Source: Candidatus Sumerlaeaceae bacterium
Lineage (GTDB): Bacteria; Sumerlaeota; Sumerlaeia; Sumerlaeales; Sumerlaeaceae
Reading direction: 5' to 3'
DNA length: 64,000 nucleotides
Assembly (NCBI GenBank): GCA_026418615.1
Contig: JAOAAY010000004.1
Span: 32,874-96,873, forward strand
Position numbers and translations under genes: made by a program. Of this stretch, positions 30,722 through 40,812 are shown one piece after another (positions within the stretch are counted from its first letter, which is position 1; the number at the start of each line of letters is the position of its first letter). Under the pieces are notes generated by a model that made no database searches, was not told the DNA's origin, and saw only the letters and a list, made by a program, of their open reading frames with translations.

Positions 30722-33700
30722 ATGAGGCAATTCGTACGGATTTCTGCGTGGGCGGCTGCAGTGGCTGTTGGGATGTTGGCGGGGTTGTCAGCGGGCGCGA
30801 GGCCCGCTCAAGGGCCGGATGCGGCGCCCAAAACCGTTCGCGTGGAGGTGCTCGACGCTTCCGGCAAACCGGCCAGAGGGGCCGAGGTCGCTCTGGTGAC
30901 GCTCAGGTTCGGGCGGTTTGACGGCTGGCGAGAGGCCCCGGACGGCAAGGCCGAATTGGCAATCCCATCCGACCAGAACAGATTTGGGCTTGAGGAGTCC
31001 GCACAAGAGGAGATCGCAGCGCGGGCACCCGGCCACGCGCCTGCCACGGTCAAGTGGAATCCCGAAAGCGGTTCGTCAGCCACGGTGCGGCTCAAACGCG
31101 GCAAGCGCGTCAATTTAGAAATCAAAACCGCTGATGGCCGGCCGTTGCCGGAAGGAGTTCTACCCGTCGTTTTTGCGCCAAAGACTCGCATGCAAGTGTT
31201 GAGGCCCTTAGTATCCGCCTTCGGCACCACTTCGGGACCACTGTTCCATTATTATCGTGTCGAACAACGCGCACCGGGCCGTTTCAGTGTCATGGTCTCA
31301 CCGGAAGACGGGCCGTTGACTGTTTATGTGGACTGTCCCGGTCTGCTGCGCGGATTTGTGAGCGAGGCATTTGAGCCCAAAGCGTGGGACAAGCCGCTCA
31401 TCGTTCAACTGCCCGCGGCCGGGACGGTCGTCGCCACCTTCGAGCCCAAGCCCGCCATCCGCACCGACCTGACGACTTTCATCGTCAGCCTGCGGGGGAA
31501 GGATCCGATGCCGGCCTTTTACGATCTCGCCGCCGTGGTGTCGGGCGCCGGGCAGCCGCGACGCGCGGTGTTCCCGGATCTTGCCCCCGGACAATACGAT
31601 ATTCTGGCCGAGACCGGAACTGGATGGGTGAAGCGGGCATGGGCTGGTCCGGAAACAGTTGCCGTCCAGGGCGGCTCCTCGGCCACGGTTGCTCTCAAGC
31701 AACGGCCAGCCTTACCGGCGTTGCGGGTGACCGACGCGGCGACCACCGGCCGCCCCGTGAGGGCATCCGCATTTGTGATTCGCAAACAGCGTGACTTATT
31801 CCTGCTGACGGGCACGGGCTGGGTCCCTGTTGGGCCTGACGGCCGCATCCGCTTTGACATGAACCAATTTGCCCCCCGCGACCCATGCGAGGACGCGAGT
31901 CCGTGGGAGTATCCGGTACTGGTCAAGGCACCCGGATTTGCTCCGAAAACCTTGACGCTTCGTACCTCGACTGTCGCCACGACGGAGGTCATTGTCCCTC
32001 TTGAACGCGGCAATCCGATCGAAATTGTTCTCGAACCGCCCGAAGGGATGTCCATTCCGGAAGACCTCATCCCCGCCGTGTGGTTTCCACCTTTTGGTCC
32101 GATCCTCGGCTTGATACCCTATACGACGAGCCTGCAGGAGGTTTGGGCACAATCGCCGGTGCTCGATACGGAAAGGATCGCGCCGGGACGCTACAGGGTC
32201 CGCATCACCACGGGCACAGAACAGTTGGTGGTCGGCGTTCACCACTCAAGGTTCCTGCGTGGATTTGTGTCGGATGTTTTCTCTCTTCAGGATCTCTCGG
32301 GCAGCCCGCTTGTGCTCCGGCTGCCCAAACCCGGCGGCCTTGAGGTCACCGCAGATGTGCGCGAATACTTAAAAACACCGGGACCCAAACCGGATTCCAT
32401 TGAACTGACCATGATGCCCGCTGAGGCGGGTGACCGCATGCCCATCAACGCCTTGGGCTGGCAACGCAGACTTGGCCTACAAGACGGAATAGCCTCTTAC
32501 CAGGCGGCAGATCTGGCCCCCGGGCGCTATGAGGTTTTCATCACGGCGGCTTTTGACGCGGGTGACGACCAGCGCAAAACATTGAGCGGCAATTCCGAGT
32601 TGAAAGTTGAGTCCGGCACGACAGCCACCGCAACGATCGCCCTGTCCGACACCACCAGCCGTCGCGGTCCCCGGCAATTTGCTTTGCCTGAGGTTCGCGT
32701 CCTCAGCGCGACCGGCAAACCCGTGACCAATGCCCGGGTCTTTGCTCGCCGGGTTGGCGACGAGATGAATGTCACGCGGGGTGAGGCGGCCGGCGACGGC
32801 CGTTACCAATGCAAGCCATTGGTTGCATGGTCCATGACAACGGGGGAACCGTTGACCTCGGCCACGGCGGAATTGCTCGTCACCGCACCGGGTCACACCG
32901 CAACGACCATGACGCTTGAGGTGCCGACCCGCCAAAATCTGATCACGGTGCGACTGAAAAAAGGTCGCGAGGTGGAGTTGCGCCTCAACCCTGCCGAGGG
33001 AACTTCCATCCCGGAGACCCTTGAGCCGATCATCTGCGACGAGACGATGCTAGGCGCTGCATGGATCGGGCTTTCACCCGACTCGGCAGACAAAGGGTTT
33101 TCTCTGGCCAGTGTCACGCGGACCGGCACTGGACGCTACACTTTCCAAGTCGCCAAGGAGACAAGCGGACTCTATGTGCTGATCCACGAGCCCGGCTTCC
33201 TGCGAGGATTTCAAGCAGGCCCCTTCGGGGCGGACCAAGTGGCCAAAGGGCGCATTGAAGTGGACTTGCCGAAACCGGTGACGCTGACCGCACGGTTCCG
33301 TCCTGCGAAGCCCGACACCCCTGCCACTTATACAGCGTGCTGGGCCGCGATTGACCGCCTCGTGATGCTGCCCGGGGAGAGATTCATGTACATGAAGATC
33401 GCCCAAACCGAAGCGGCCGGCACGACGCTCGAAGCACAGTTCTCCGATCTCGCGCCCCTCGACTTGAGGGGCCGGTATAGCGTCGAGGCTGGTACAGGGC
33501 GTTTATCCGAGCGGTTTGGGCCGCCTGGACAATCCTACAGCGACCGCGCCGAGGCGGACTTCCAGGACGGCACCAGTGCCACAGTTGAAATCCTTTACGA
33601 GCCCTTCGACCGCGACATGCTCAAAGGACCGTACACGGCTGTTGTGACGGTGCTCGGGCGAGACGACAAACCTTTGGATGGAAAGCCGTTCCGCGTCACT

Positions 33701-34423
33701 TATTACGACCGCAAATTCGGCCCCCACACCGTCGCTCAGGGAACCATTCCGTCATCGGGTGTCGTGGAATTGCGCGGACTGGCCGGCGGCGTGGACAAAC
33801 CGACCTCTTTGAGCGAATTTCGCGGGAAATTTCCACCAACTTATACTTTTACCATCGGCGACGAGGATATTGGCTCCATCCAATTCGTCAAATTCGACCG
33901 CCAGAGCGGGCTGGTATTGCCGGCACATACCGATCAGGTGGCCGAATTCACTTTCCGGATGCCGCCGGTCGTCGGCGATATGGCACCGGATATCGAATTG
34001 ACCGAAGTTTTCGGCGACGGGACGCTGCGTCTCTCCGATCTGAGGGGACAGGTCGTTTTCCTCGATTTCTGGGCCACATGGTGCGGCCCGTGTCAGGATC
34101 CCATGAAGGCGCTCAACGAACTGGCTGCCAAACACAAGGATGACTGGGCAGGGAAGGTCGCGCTGATCGGGGCCAGCATTGACGACAACAAGGCTACGGT
34201 GCAGAAACATGTGAAAAAGAAAGGCTGGGAGAGCGTGCGCCAAATGTGGTGCGCCGTGCCGGATGGCTCAGGCGGCTGGGAAGCCCCGCAAGTGCGCACC
34301 TACGGCGTTCGCGGCGTGCCCACCGCCCTCCTCATTGATCAGCAGGGCCGCATCGTCTGGCGGGGGCATCCGGCCGGATTCAACAAAGAGGGCGAAATCA
34401 CACGGCTGCTGCAAAGCAAGTAA
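30722..34423 (+). CDS. giant secreted protein: three carboxypeptidase-regulatory-like/beta-sandwich repeat modules fused to a C-terminal TlpA/ResA-like thioredoxin domain
   Basis: Signal peptide MRQFVRISAWAAAVAVGMLAGLSAGA. Repeated modules containing VRVEVLDASGKPARGAEVAL-type starts and PGLLRGFVSEAF / SRFLRGFVSDVF / PGFLRGFQAGPF. C-terminal LRGQVVFLDFWATWCGPCQ thioredoxin-fold active site. Confidence 0.8.
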   Translation: MRQFVRISAWAAAVAVGMLAGLSAGARPAQGPDAAPKTVRVEVLDASGKPARGAEVALVTLRFGRFDGWREAPDGKAELAIPSDQNRFGLEESAQEEIAARAPGHAPATVKWNPESGSSATVRLKRGKRVNLEIKTADGRPLPEGVLPVVFAPKTRMQVLRPLVSAFGTTSGPLFHYYRVEQRAPGRFSVMVSPEDGPLTVYVDCPGLLRGFVSEAFEPKAWDKPLIVQLPAAGTVVATFEPKPAIRTDLTTFIVSLRGKDPMPAFYDLAAVVSGAGQPRRAVFPDLAPGQYDILAETGTGWVKRAWAGPETVAVQGGSSATVALKQRPALPALRVTDAATTGRPVRASAFVIRKQRDLFLLTGTGWVPVGPDGRIRFDMNQFAPRDPCEDASPWEYPVLVKAPGFAPKTLTLRTSTVATTEVIVPLERGNPIEIVLEPPEGMSIPEDLIPAVWFPPFGPILGLIPYTTSLQEVWAQSPVLDTERIAPGRYRVRITTGTEQLVVGVHHSRFLRGFVSDVFSLQDLSGSPLVLRLPKPGGLEVTADVREYLKTPGPKPDSIELTMMPAEAGDRMPINALGWQRRLGLQDGIASYQAADLAPGRYEVFITAAFDAGDDQRKTLSGNSELKVESGTTATATIALSDTTSRRGPRQFALPEVRVLSATGKPVTNARVFARRVGDEMNVTRGEAAGDGRYQCKPLVAWSMTTGEPLTSATAELLVTAPGHTATTMTLEVPTRQNLITVRLKKGREVELRLNPAEGTSIPETLEPIICDETMLGAAWIGLSPDSADKGFSLASVTRTGTGRYTFQVAKETSGLYVLIHEPGFLRGFQAGPFGADQVAKGRIEVDLPKPVTLTARFRPAKPDTPATYTACWAAIDRLVMLPGERFMYMKIAQTEAAGTTLEAQFSDLAPLDLRGRYSVEAGTGRLSERFGPPGQSYSDRAEADFQDGTSATVEILYEPFDRDMLKGPYTAVVTVLGRDDKPLDGKPFRVTYYDRKFGPHTVAQGTIPSSGVVELRGLAGGVDKPTSLSEFRGKFPPTYTFTIGDEDIGSIQFVKFDRQSGLVLPAHTDQVAEFTFRMPPVVGDMAPDIELTEVFGDGTLRLSDLRGQVVFLDFWATWCGPCQDPMKALNELAAKHKDDWAGKVALIGASIDDNKATVQKHVKKKGWESVRQMWCAVPDGSGGWEAPQVRTYGVRGVPTALLIDQQGRIVWRGHPAGFNKEGEITRLLQSK

Positions 34424-34449
34424 ACATCTTGATCAAGGGGGTAGAGACC

Positions 34450-36384
34450 ATGCGAAAGTCTCACAGAAACCTGCTGCTGGCCGCGCTGGCGACACTCGCG
34501 ATCCTGACGATCGCACCAGTCGCCGACGCCAATGAGCCTTCGGGTGACCCATCGGCTCAGGTTCACCCGTTGCTCGCCCACATGCCAGAACGGTTCAGAC
34601 GGACGGCGGAAGTCGTCCCAATGTACGCTCCGCCGCTGATGGTTGTTGCCGCTGATGACGGGTTGCCGGTCACCAGCGCCTCGCTGGCGCTCATGTCCGA
34701 CTCCGGTCCGTTCGAAAACACTTCGGCGACACATGAAGGCAGGGGGCGCTACCGGTTCGCTCCGCTGGAACAGATCCGGTCCAAATCGAGGACGATGACC
34801 ACACAGTCCCTCTCCTTGTTAGTCACGGCACCAGGGTTCGTGCCGGAGACGACCTCGATCGTGCTCAATGAAAGGGCGCCCCTGCCGGGCGAGATGACTG
34901 TCCGCCTCGGCCGGGGGCGTCCCGTCACGCTGGAGATCACCCGCGAGGACGGGCAGCCGCTGCCCCAAACCTTGGAACCCATCATAGCCGACCGGGACAC
35001 GCTGGAGGCCATTTGGTGCACGCTCGGATGGCAGACCGGCCCCTTGCGTTTTGGTTTGTATCCCGTGCGGCGCATGGCCCCGAACCGCTGGGAGTTTGGC
35101 GCCAAACCCGGGCAGCATGAGGTTTTTGTGATCGTGGACGAACCGGGGCTGTTGCGGCACTTCGTGGCCGGGCCGTTGAATGTGGAGGACGGCACAACGG
35201 CCTCCCTCATAGTGCGCCTGCCGAAGGCTTGTGCAATCACCGCACGGTTTCGCCCCGCGGAGGGTGTCGCCCGGCCAGCCTACCGCCGATGCACACTGGC
35301 GGTGACGCGCTCTGTCGATGTGCCGGGCGGCAAACCATCAAACTACGGAACCACCGTGGCCTCGTTCACTGGCGAAGGACCCACGGTAGAGCATGTGTTT
35401 GACGATCTGGCCCCGCCCACGGACGACTCTGGCTACTGGGTGCAAGCCATGACAGATCCGCACCCCGCTGAAGGGCTCGACGGGAAATACGCTTTCTCCG
35501 GCGGCGATTCCCCGGATTTTGGCAACGGGACCTCAGCCACCGTGGAAATCCTGTACAAGCCACTCAGCATTCGTCAGGTGCAGGGCGGGCTGACGGCCGT
35601 CGTCCGGGTGACGAATGCAAAAGGCGAGCCGGCAGCCGGCAAACCGTTTGAACTCCTGTGGCACCCCCGCAACTATCCCGAGGTTACGCTGACCTCGGGC
35701 ACCATCCCGACATCCGGGGTTGTGGAATTTCCGGGTTTGGGGGGCGCACCGGAAAAAGTCATGACAATAGCCGAAGCCCAAAAATCCGGATGGGAGCCAG
35801 CCCATCTGGAGTTTGTCCTCGACGGGGAAAGCGCGGGAATGATACGGTTTTTCCAGGTGGATGAGAAGGCGGGCGTTGTCCGGCCGGCGGTTGATGACAA
35901 CCGGCGCGTGTTCGAGTTTCGAGTTCCGCTGCGACCGGGCGACGAGACGCCAGATATCGAGTTGACTGACCTCGCAGACGGCCGGGTGTTCCGGCTCTCC
36001 GATTTGCGCGACCAGGTGATCTATCTCGATTTCTGGGCGACCTGGTGCGGGCCCTGCCAGCGACCTATGCATGAACTGGACGATCTCGCCCGACGCCGCG
36101 CGGCCGAATGGACGGGCAAGGTGTCGCTCATCGGGGTGAGCATAGACGAGACGACAGAGGTCGTCGTGCGGCATCTGGAGAAAAACGGTTGGACTGCGGC
36201 ACGGCAGGCTTGGTGCCATCCGGTTTCCGGCTCGACAGGCCGTGCGTCGGCGCAGGTCAAAGCCTTTCAAGTGACGGGATACCCGACGGCGTTTCTTATC
36301 GGCGCAGACGGAAAACTGATTTGGACGGGGTATCCCGGCCCCGAAATTGAAAGCATCATTGAGAAGGCCCTCGGCAGCCGCTGA
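34450..36384 (+). CDS. secreted paralog of upstream gene: one repeat module plus TlpA-like thioredoxin domain
   Basis: Signal peptide MRKSHRNLLLAALATLAILTIAPVADA. EPGLLRHFVAGPL and GTSATVEILYKP repeat the upstream protein, and LRDQVIYLDFWATWCGPCQ is the active site. The gene sits 26 nt downstream of the preceding gene, and an RBS AAGGGGG precedes the ATG. Confidence 0.8.
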   Translation: MRKSHRNLLLAALATLAILTIAPVADANEPSGDPSAQVHPLLAHMPERFRRTAEVVPMYAPPLMVVAADDGLPVTSASLALMSDSGPFENTSATHEGRGRYRFAPLEQIRSKSRTMTTQSLSLLVTAPGFVPETTSIVLNERAPLPGEMTVRLGRGRPVTLEITREDGQPLPQTLEPIIADRDTLEAIWCTLGWQTGPLRFGLYPVRRMAPNRWEFGAKPGQHEVFVIVDEPGLLRHFVAGPLNVEDGTTASLIVRLPKACAITARFRPAEGVARPAYRRCTLAVTRSVDVPGGKPSNYGTTVASFTGEGPTVEHVFDDLAPPTDDSGYWVQAMTDPHPAEGLDGKYAFSGGDSPDFGNGTSATVEILYKPLSIRQVQGGLTAVVRVTNAKGEPAAGKPFELLWHPRNYPEVTLTSGTIPTSGVVEFPGLGGAPEKVMTIAEAQKSGWEPAHLEFVLDGESAGMIRFFQVDEKAGVVRPAVDDNRRVFEFRVPLRPGDETPDIELTDLADGRVFRLSDLRDQVIYLDFWATWCGPCQRPMHELDDLARRRAAEWTGKVSLIGVSIDETTEVVVRHLEKNGWTAARQAWCHPVSGSTGRASAQVKAFQVTGYPTAFLIGADGKLIWTGYPGPEIESIIEKALGSR

Positions 36385-36518
36385 TGGTCATCCTTAACTT
36401 TTGAACGGCACGGAGGGAATGCCCGCCGCCGGGCTATTGTTCTGTTGTGATAAAGTCCGCGACGGCTGCCCTCCGGCTGCCGTTCGGTTGACAATTGTAT
36501 TGCAGGATAACTCAACGG

Positions 36519-37526
36519 ATGACCGAGGTCCCACCGGCGCACCCCAACAGGCGCCTCTCCAGATTCGCCGCGTTCGTCGCGGGTTACACCTTCGTCCTCA
36601 TCACTGCGGGGGCGCTTGTCACCGGCAACAATGCGTCGCTGTCCGACCACACCTGGCCTACCTTTGCCGGTAATGTGTTGCCGGCCAAAGAGACCTTTGT
36701 CCGCGGCCTGATTTACGAGGACACGCATCGCATCCTCGCGGGCGTGTTTGGCTTGCTGGTCATCGCGCTGGCTCTCTGGGTTCAGTTCACCGATCGCCGC
36801 CTGTGGCTGAAGTTGCTGGCGTGGGGGGTGGTTGTGGCGACCGGCCTACAGGGGCTTGTGGGAGGAGTCATTATCCTGTACCTGCGGCCGGTGCTGGTCT
36901 CGATGCTGCACGGTGTGCTGGGGCAAAGTATTTTCATCGGTGCGGCGGTCATTGCGGCGGCCACCTCGCCGCTCTGGGAGCGCGAGCACGGCAGTGCAGG
37001 CGTGCGGCCGGGCGTCGTGGCCTTTCGTGTGCAGTGTGTGCTGGCGACGGCGCTTGTCTTTGGCCAGTTGATTCTCGGTGCGGCGACGCGTTTCGCCTAC
37101 GGCTTTTTTACTTATCTCGTCGTGCTCCATGTCTGCATGGCCTTTCTCATCATTGCAGCAGCCATCTGGCTGGGCATGACGGTATCGCACCATTTCCGGG
37201 ATGTCGCGCCGTTGCGGCGCTCATTTGTCCGTCTCGGCTGGCTGATCGGCACCCAAGTCTTGCTGGGTATCGTGGCCATCTTTGCGAACCGGTCCCGCTT
37301 CGAGTTGGAATTGAAAGGCCCGATTCCCGAGGCCCAGTTCGGCCTTGAACTCGAAGCACCTCATCAGTTCCTGGTGCTGCTCTCCACGGCGCATGTTGCT
37401 GTGGGGGCACTCATCCTGATTACCATGGCCTTGATCACAATTCTGTCTTTCCATCTGCTGAGTGCGGAGCCCGCCGAGGAACGCAGCATGAACCGGGCAG
37501 GCTTGGCCGAGGGTGAGGCGGCGTGA
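36519..37526 (+). CDS. ctaA: heme A synthase (COX15/CtaA family)
   Basis: Polytopic membrane protein with conserved His-containing helices (HRILAGVFG, HGVLGQSIF, HVCMAFLII, HVAVGALIL). Its stop overlaps the ctaB start (GTGA). Confidence 0.8.
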   Translation: MTEVPPAHPNRRLSRFAAFVAGYTFVLITAGALVTGNNASLSDHTWPTFAGNVLPAKETFVRGLIYEDTHRILAGVFGLLVIALALWVQFTDRRLWLKLLAWGVVVATGLQGLVGGVIILYLRPVLVSMLHGVLGQSIFIGAAVIAAATSPLWEREHGSAGVRPGVVAFRVQCVLATALVFGQLILGAATRFAYGFFTYLVVLHVCMAFLIIAAAIWLGMTVSHHFRDVAPLRRSFVRLGWLIGTQVLLGIVAIFANRSRFELELKGPIPEAQFGLELEAPHQFLVLLSTAHVAVGALILITMALITILSFHLLSAEPAEERSMNRAGLAEGEAA

Positions 37527-38428
37527 GGTTGCGAACCGCCACGGCTGTCATGGACGGCCCGTCGCAGGGTATTGCGGCGCGCCTGTCGGACTACCTTGAA
37601 CTCACCAAACCCGGCATCGTGACGATGACGGTGGTCACCACCGCGGGGGGCTACTACATGGCGCATTCCGGAGCACTGGATCTGTGGCGGTTTGCGCATG
37701 CGCTGATGGCCTCGATGCTGCTGGCGGCGGGCGCTTGCGCGCTCAACCAATATATGGAACGCGATGTGGACGCCCTGATGGAGCGCACGCGACGCCGCCC
37801 CCTCGCGGCCGGCCGCATCGGAGCCGCCGGCGCCTTTGCGTTTGGTCTGATGTTGGCATTGTCCGGGCTGGCTTACCTGACCTTTGGGGTGAACCTCGCT
37901 GCGGGCGCTGCCGGGGCGCTGGCCTTGGGCAGTTATATCCTTGTCTACACCCCGTTCAAACGGGTCAGCAGTCTGTGCACGCTGGTCGGCGCCATTCCGG
38001 GGGCGATGCCCCCTGTCATCGGCTGGGCGGCGGCCACTGGCGGTATCGGCTTCGGCGCCGGCGTATTGTTTGCCATCATGTTCCTTTGGCAAATCCCCCA
38101 TTCGCTGGCCATCATGTCCATGTACCGGGAGGACTATGCCCGGGCCGGTCTGCCGCTGCTGCCAGTGGTTGACACAACGGGCGAGGCCACCGTGCGCCAG
38201 TCGCTCGTGAACGCGGTCGCGCTGCTCGTGGCCTGCGTCATGCCATCGGTCGCGGGAATGACCGGTTTGACTTACGCCGCAGGCGCAGCGTTGCTGGGCG
38301 GTTGGTTTCTCTATCTGAATGTGCGCTGGTTTCTTGATCCGGCGCGCCCGCGTGCGCGGCGCGTGTTTTTCGGCTCGCTCATCTACCTGATGGCACTTTT
38401 CGCCCTGCTGGTCGCCGGCAAGGTCTGA
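37523..38428 (+). CDS. ctaB: protoheme IX farnesyltransferase (heme O synthase), UbiA family
   Basis: ALNQYMERDVDALMERTRRRPLAAGRI (Asp-rich prenyltransferase motif) and a nine-TM UbiA topology. The GTG start overlaps the ctaA stop. Confidence 0.85.
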   Translation: MRLRTATAVMDGPSQGIAARLSDYLELTKPGIVTMTVVTTAGGYYMAHSGALDLWRFAHALMASMLLAAGACALNQYMERDVDALMERTRRRPLAAGRIGAAGAFAFGLMLALSGLAYLTFGVNLAAGAAGALALGSYILVYTPFKRVSSLCTLVGAIPGAMPPVIGWAAATGGIGFGAGVLFAIMFLWQIPHSLAIMSMYREDYARAGLPLLPVVDTTGEATVRQSLVNAVALLVACVMPSVAGMTGLTYAAGAALLGGWFLYLNVRWFLDPARPRARRVFFGSLIYLMALFALLVAGKV

Positions 38429-38440
38429 CCGGCGCGCCCG

Positions 38441-39079
38441 TCAAAGGCGCCGCAAAACGCCCACCACTTTTCCAGCCACTGCAAAACTGCCGTCTGATTT
38501 CGGCACGCGGATCGGCTCAAACGCGGGATTCTCCGGCTGAAGTCGCCACTCACTGCCCTCATCGTAAATGCGTTTCACTGTGGCCTCATCCCCAAGGATC
38601 GCCACGCCGATCTCGCCCTGCTCGACCCGCGTTTGCTGGCGTACAATGACGAGGTCCCCATCCATGATACCGGCTTCAATCATGCTGTCGCCGCGGACGC
38701 GAAGCGCAAATGTTCTCTCCCCAGCCGGAAAAAACCCGTCGAGCGTCACCATGCCGTCAAAGTTTTGCTGCGCGAGGATCGGCTGCCCCGCGGCCACACG
38801 ACCGAGCAGCGGGATACCCTTCCCCGCCGCCGGAGGAACCGGCGTGCGACGGCGGCGACGCAGCGCGGCAGACCGGAGCGCGAAGGTGCGTGCCTGACGC
38901 GTCGGACGCTCAAGCAAACCTGTCCGCTCCAGTTTGTTCAGATAATAAGCCACGGTATTCGTTGACCGGAAACCCATTTCCGTCGCGATCTCCCGCACGG
39001 ACGGATAAACCCCTGTCTCAGCGTGGCGACGCTGGATATATTCGAGGATCGCCAATTCCTTGTCATTGTCGCGTGTCAT
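38441..39079 (-). CDS. lexA: LexA repressor (SOS regulator, S24 peptidase)
   Basis: N-terminal wHTH LAILEYIQRRHAETGVYPSVREIATEMGFRSTNTVAYYLNKLERTGLLER. C-terminal VRGDSMIEAGIMDGDLVIV (Ser nucleophile) with a downstream Lys. Confidence 0.9.
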   Translation of the reverse strand: MTRDNDKELAILEYIQRRHAETGVYPSVREIATEMGFRSTNTVAYYLNKLERTGLLERPTRQARTFALRSAALRRRRRTPVPPAAGKGIPLLGRVAAGQPILAQQNFDGMVTLDGFFPAGERTFALRVRGDSMIEAGIMDGDLVIVRQQTRVEQGEIGVAILGDEATVKRIYDEGSEWRLQPENPAFEPIRVPKSDGSFAVAGKVVGVLRRL

Positions 39080-39130
39080 CGGTGGTATCGCCTCCGTGGC
39101 GAGGTTTTATCATTTACCGTCTCCGTTTTT

Positions 39131-39168
39131 AGAACTCGCGTTCTATACGATCAAGAACAAATTTTCTA
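39131..39168. promoter_or_regulatory. putative LexA operators (GAAC-N4-GTTC type) in lexA promoter
   Basis: AGAACTCGCGTTCTA (39131-39145) is a perfect GAAC-N4-GTTC palindrome. A second imperfect site, AGAACAAATTTTCTA (39154-39168), follows. The first site lies 52 bp upstream of the lexA start. Confidence 0.55.
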
Positions 39169-39259
39169 TATTTGACCGTAGCCGTCGTCCGGTGAAATGC
39201 AACGCCGCTTGACGATTCCCGGGCACGCGGCTGTAGTCCTCGGTGGCTGCGCGCCAAAA

Positions 39260-39336
<77 letters not shown>

Positions 39337-39492
39337 CCCCCGCTCGCGCTCCGAAATCCGTCTCGCCGAGGCGCCAAGCCGGGCAACCATGAGTCCGACT
39401 CGGCACAACATCAGTTGGACGGGTCCGATTCCCTATCGTGATGCCGGGATCGCCCCGCTCAAACGCTCATAGAGCCCCGATGGCGCCCCCCA

Positions 39493-40293
39493 TCAGGCTT
39501 TTGGCGGTGAAGACGGCTGGTTGCCCTTGTTGAGCAACGATTCGATGTTGAAGGTCTTCATGAACTCGATCGGAAACGGGAACACGATCGTCGAACTCTT
39601 TTCCGCCGAGATCTCGACGAGCGTTTGCAGGTAGCGCATCTGCATGGCCATCGGATGCGCGGACATCATGTCGGCCGCCAGAACCAGTTTTTCGGCAGCC
39701 TGATACTCGCCCTCGGCACTGATGACCTTGGCGCGGCGCTCGCGCTCGGCCTCGGCTTGGCGCGCCATGGCCCGCTGCATCTCCTGCGGCAAATCCACCT
39801 TTTTGATTTCCACGGCCGTCACCTTCACGCCCCACGCGTCAGTCTGCCGATCCAGGATACTTTGCAGTTCCAGGTTCAGTTTCTCACGCTCGCTTAACAA
39901 GTCGTCGAGTTCCTGCTGGCCCAGCACGCTGCGCAAGGTCGTCTGAGCCATCTGGCTCGTCGCAAAAAGAAAATCCTCGACGGCCACCACGGACTTGGCC
40001 GGATCGAGCACCTGAAAGTAGACCACGGCATTCACATGCACCGACACATTGTCGCGGGTAATGATGTCCTGCGGCGGTACATCCAAGGTGATGATCCGCA
40101 GACTTACCCGCACCATCCGGTCAATCGGCCAGAAGATGAGCACAAGACCGGGTCCCTTGGGCTTGCTCAGCAGGCGCCCCAACCGGAACACCACAGCCCG
40201 CTCATACTCGTTCAGGATCTTGATGCATTGAAAAAGGTAAAACAACACGAAAAGGACAACGGTGATTACGGGCGACCCTGTCGGAAATGGCAT
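39493..40293 (-). CDS. SPFH/band-7 (stomatin/prohibitin-like) membrane protein
   Basis: An N-terminal TM helix is followed by the SPFH core ([67 protein letters not shown]...) and a C-terminal coiled-coil [17 protein letters not shown]. Confidence 0.8.
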   Translation of the reverse strand: MPFPTGSPVITVVLFVLFYLFQCIKILNEYERAVVFRLGRLLSKPKGPGLVLIFWPIDRMVRVSLRIITLDVPPQDIITRDNVSVHVNAVVYFQVLDPAKSVVAVEDFLFATSQMAQTTLRSVLGQQELDDLLSEREKLNLELQSILDRQTDAWGVKVTAVEIKKVDLPQEMQRAMARQAEAERERRAKVISAEGEYQAAEKLVLAADMMSAHPMAMQMRYLQTLVEISAEKSSTIVFPFPIEFMKTFNIESLLNKGNQPSSPPKA

Positions 40294-40812
40294 GGCGAAT
40301 GCCTCCTCTGTTCCGGGATGACAGATTTGTGGTTCAAACATTACCAACGCGCCCAAGAGGTCAAGCACATGCGGCCAGCGTATGCTTCACAGAATCCCGA
40401 AGCCATTGGTCCGCAAACAATCCCTCGGCGACCCCAATGATCGGGCTGTACGCCCGTTTGCCATCGGACCCTCCCCATGGTCCCTGAGAGTCTTGCCCCC
40501 TGCCAGCCGGGGACAAAAAACATTTCCAGTGGCCCGATACGCTGCCGGGCTGGGTTAATCCGGCCGTCCATCCACATCCCGTAAGTCCCCCCTCCGGTGC
40601 AAACCGCCTTCACAGACACAAGGCTGTCCAAAGATATTAAGGCGCACCTATTCCAGCGCGCCAAGAACACCACTCACCAAATCTGTCTTGCATCCGGGTC
40701 GTGTCGCCTGCGGCTTGGCCGCACAGGATATCAAACGGGCAGGGTCCGCGGGCGTGATTGCGCCCCCGGTTTCTGTGTGGCTTGGTGCCTGAAATTGATG
40801 GGGAGTTGATCC

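Noticed and set aside
40341-40673. 110-aa minus ORF in the 40.4-40.8 kb intergenic region
   Set aside because: It is Trp/Arg/Gly-rich with no signal or motif, and it overlaps the SPFH gene start. It is probably spurious.
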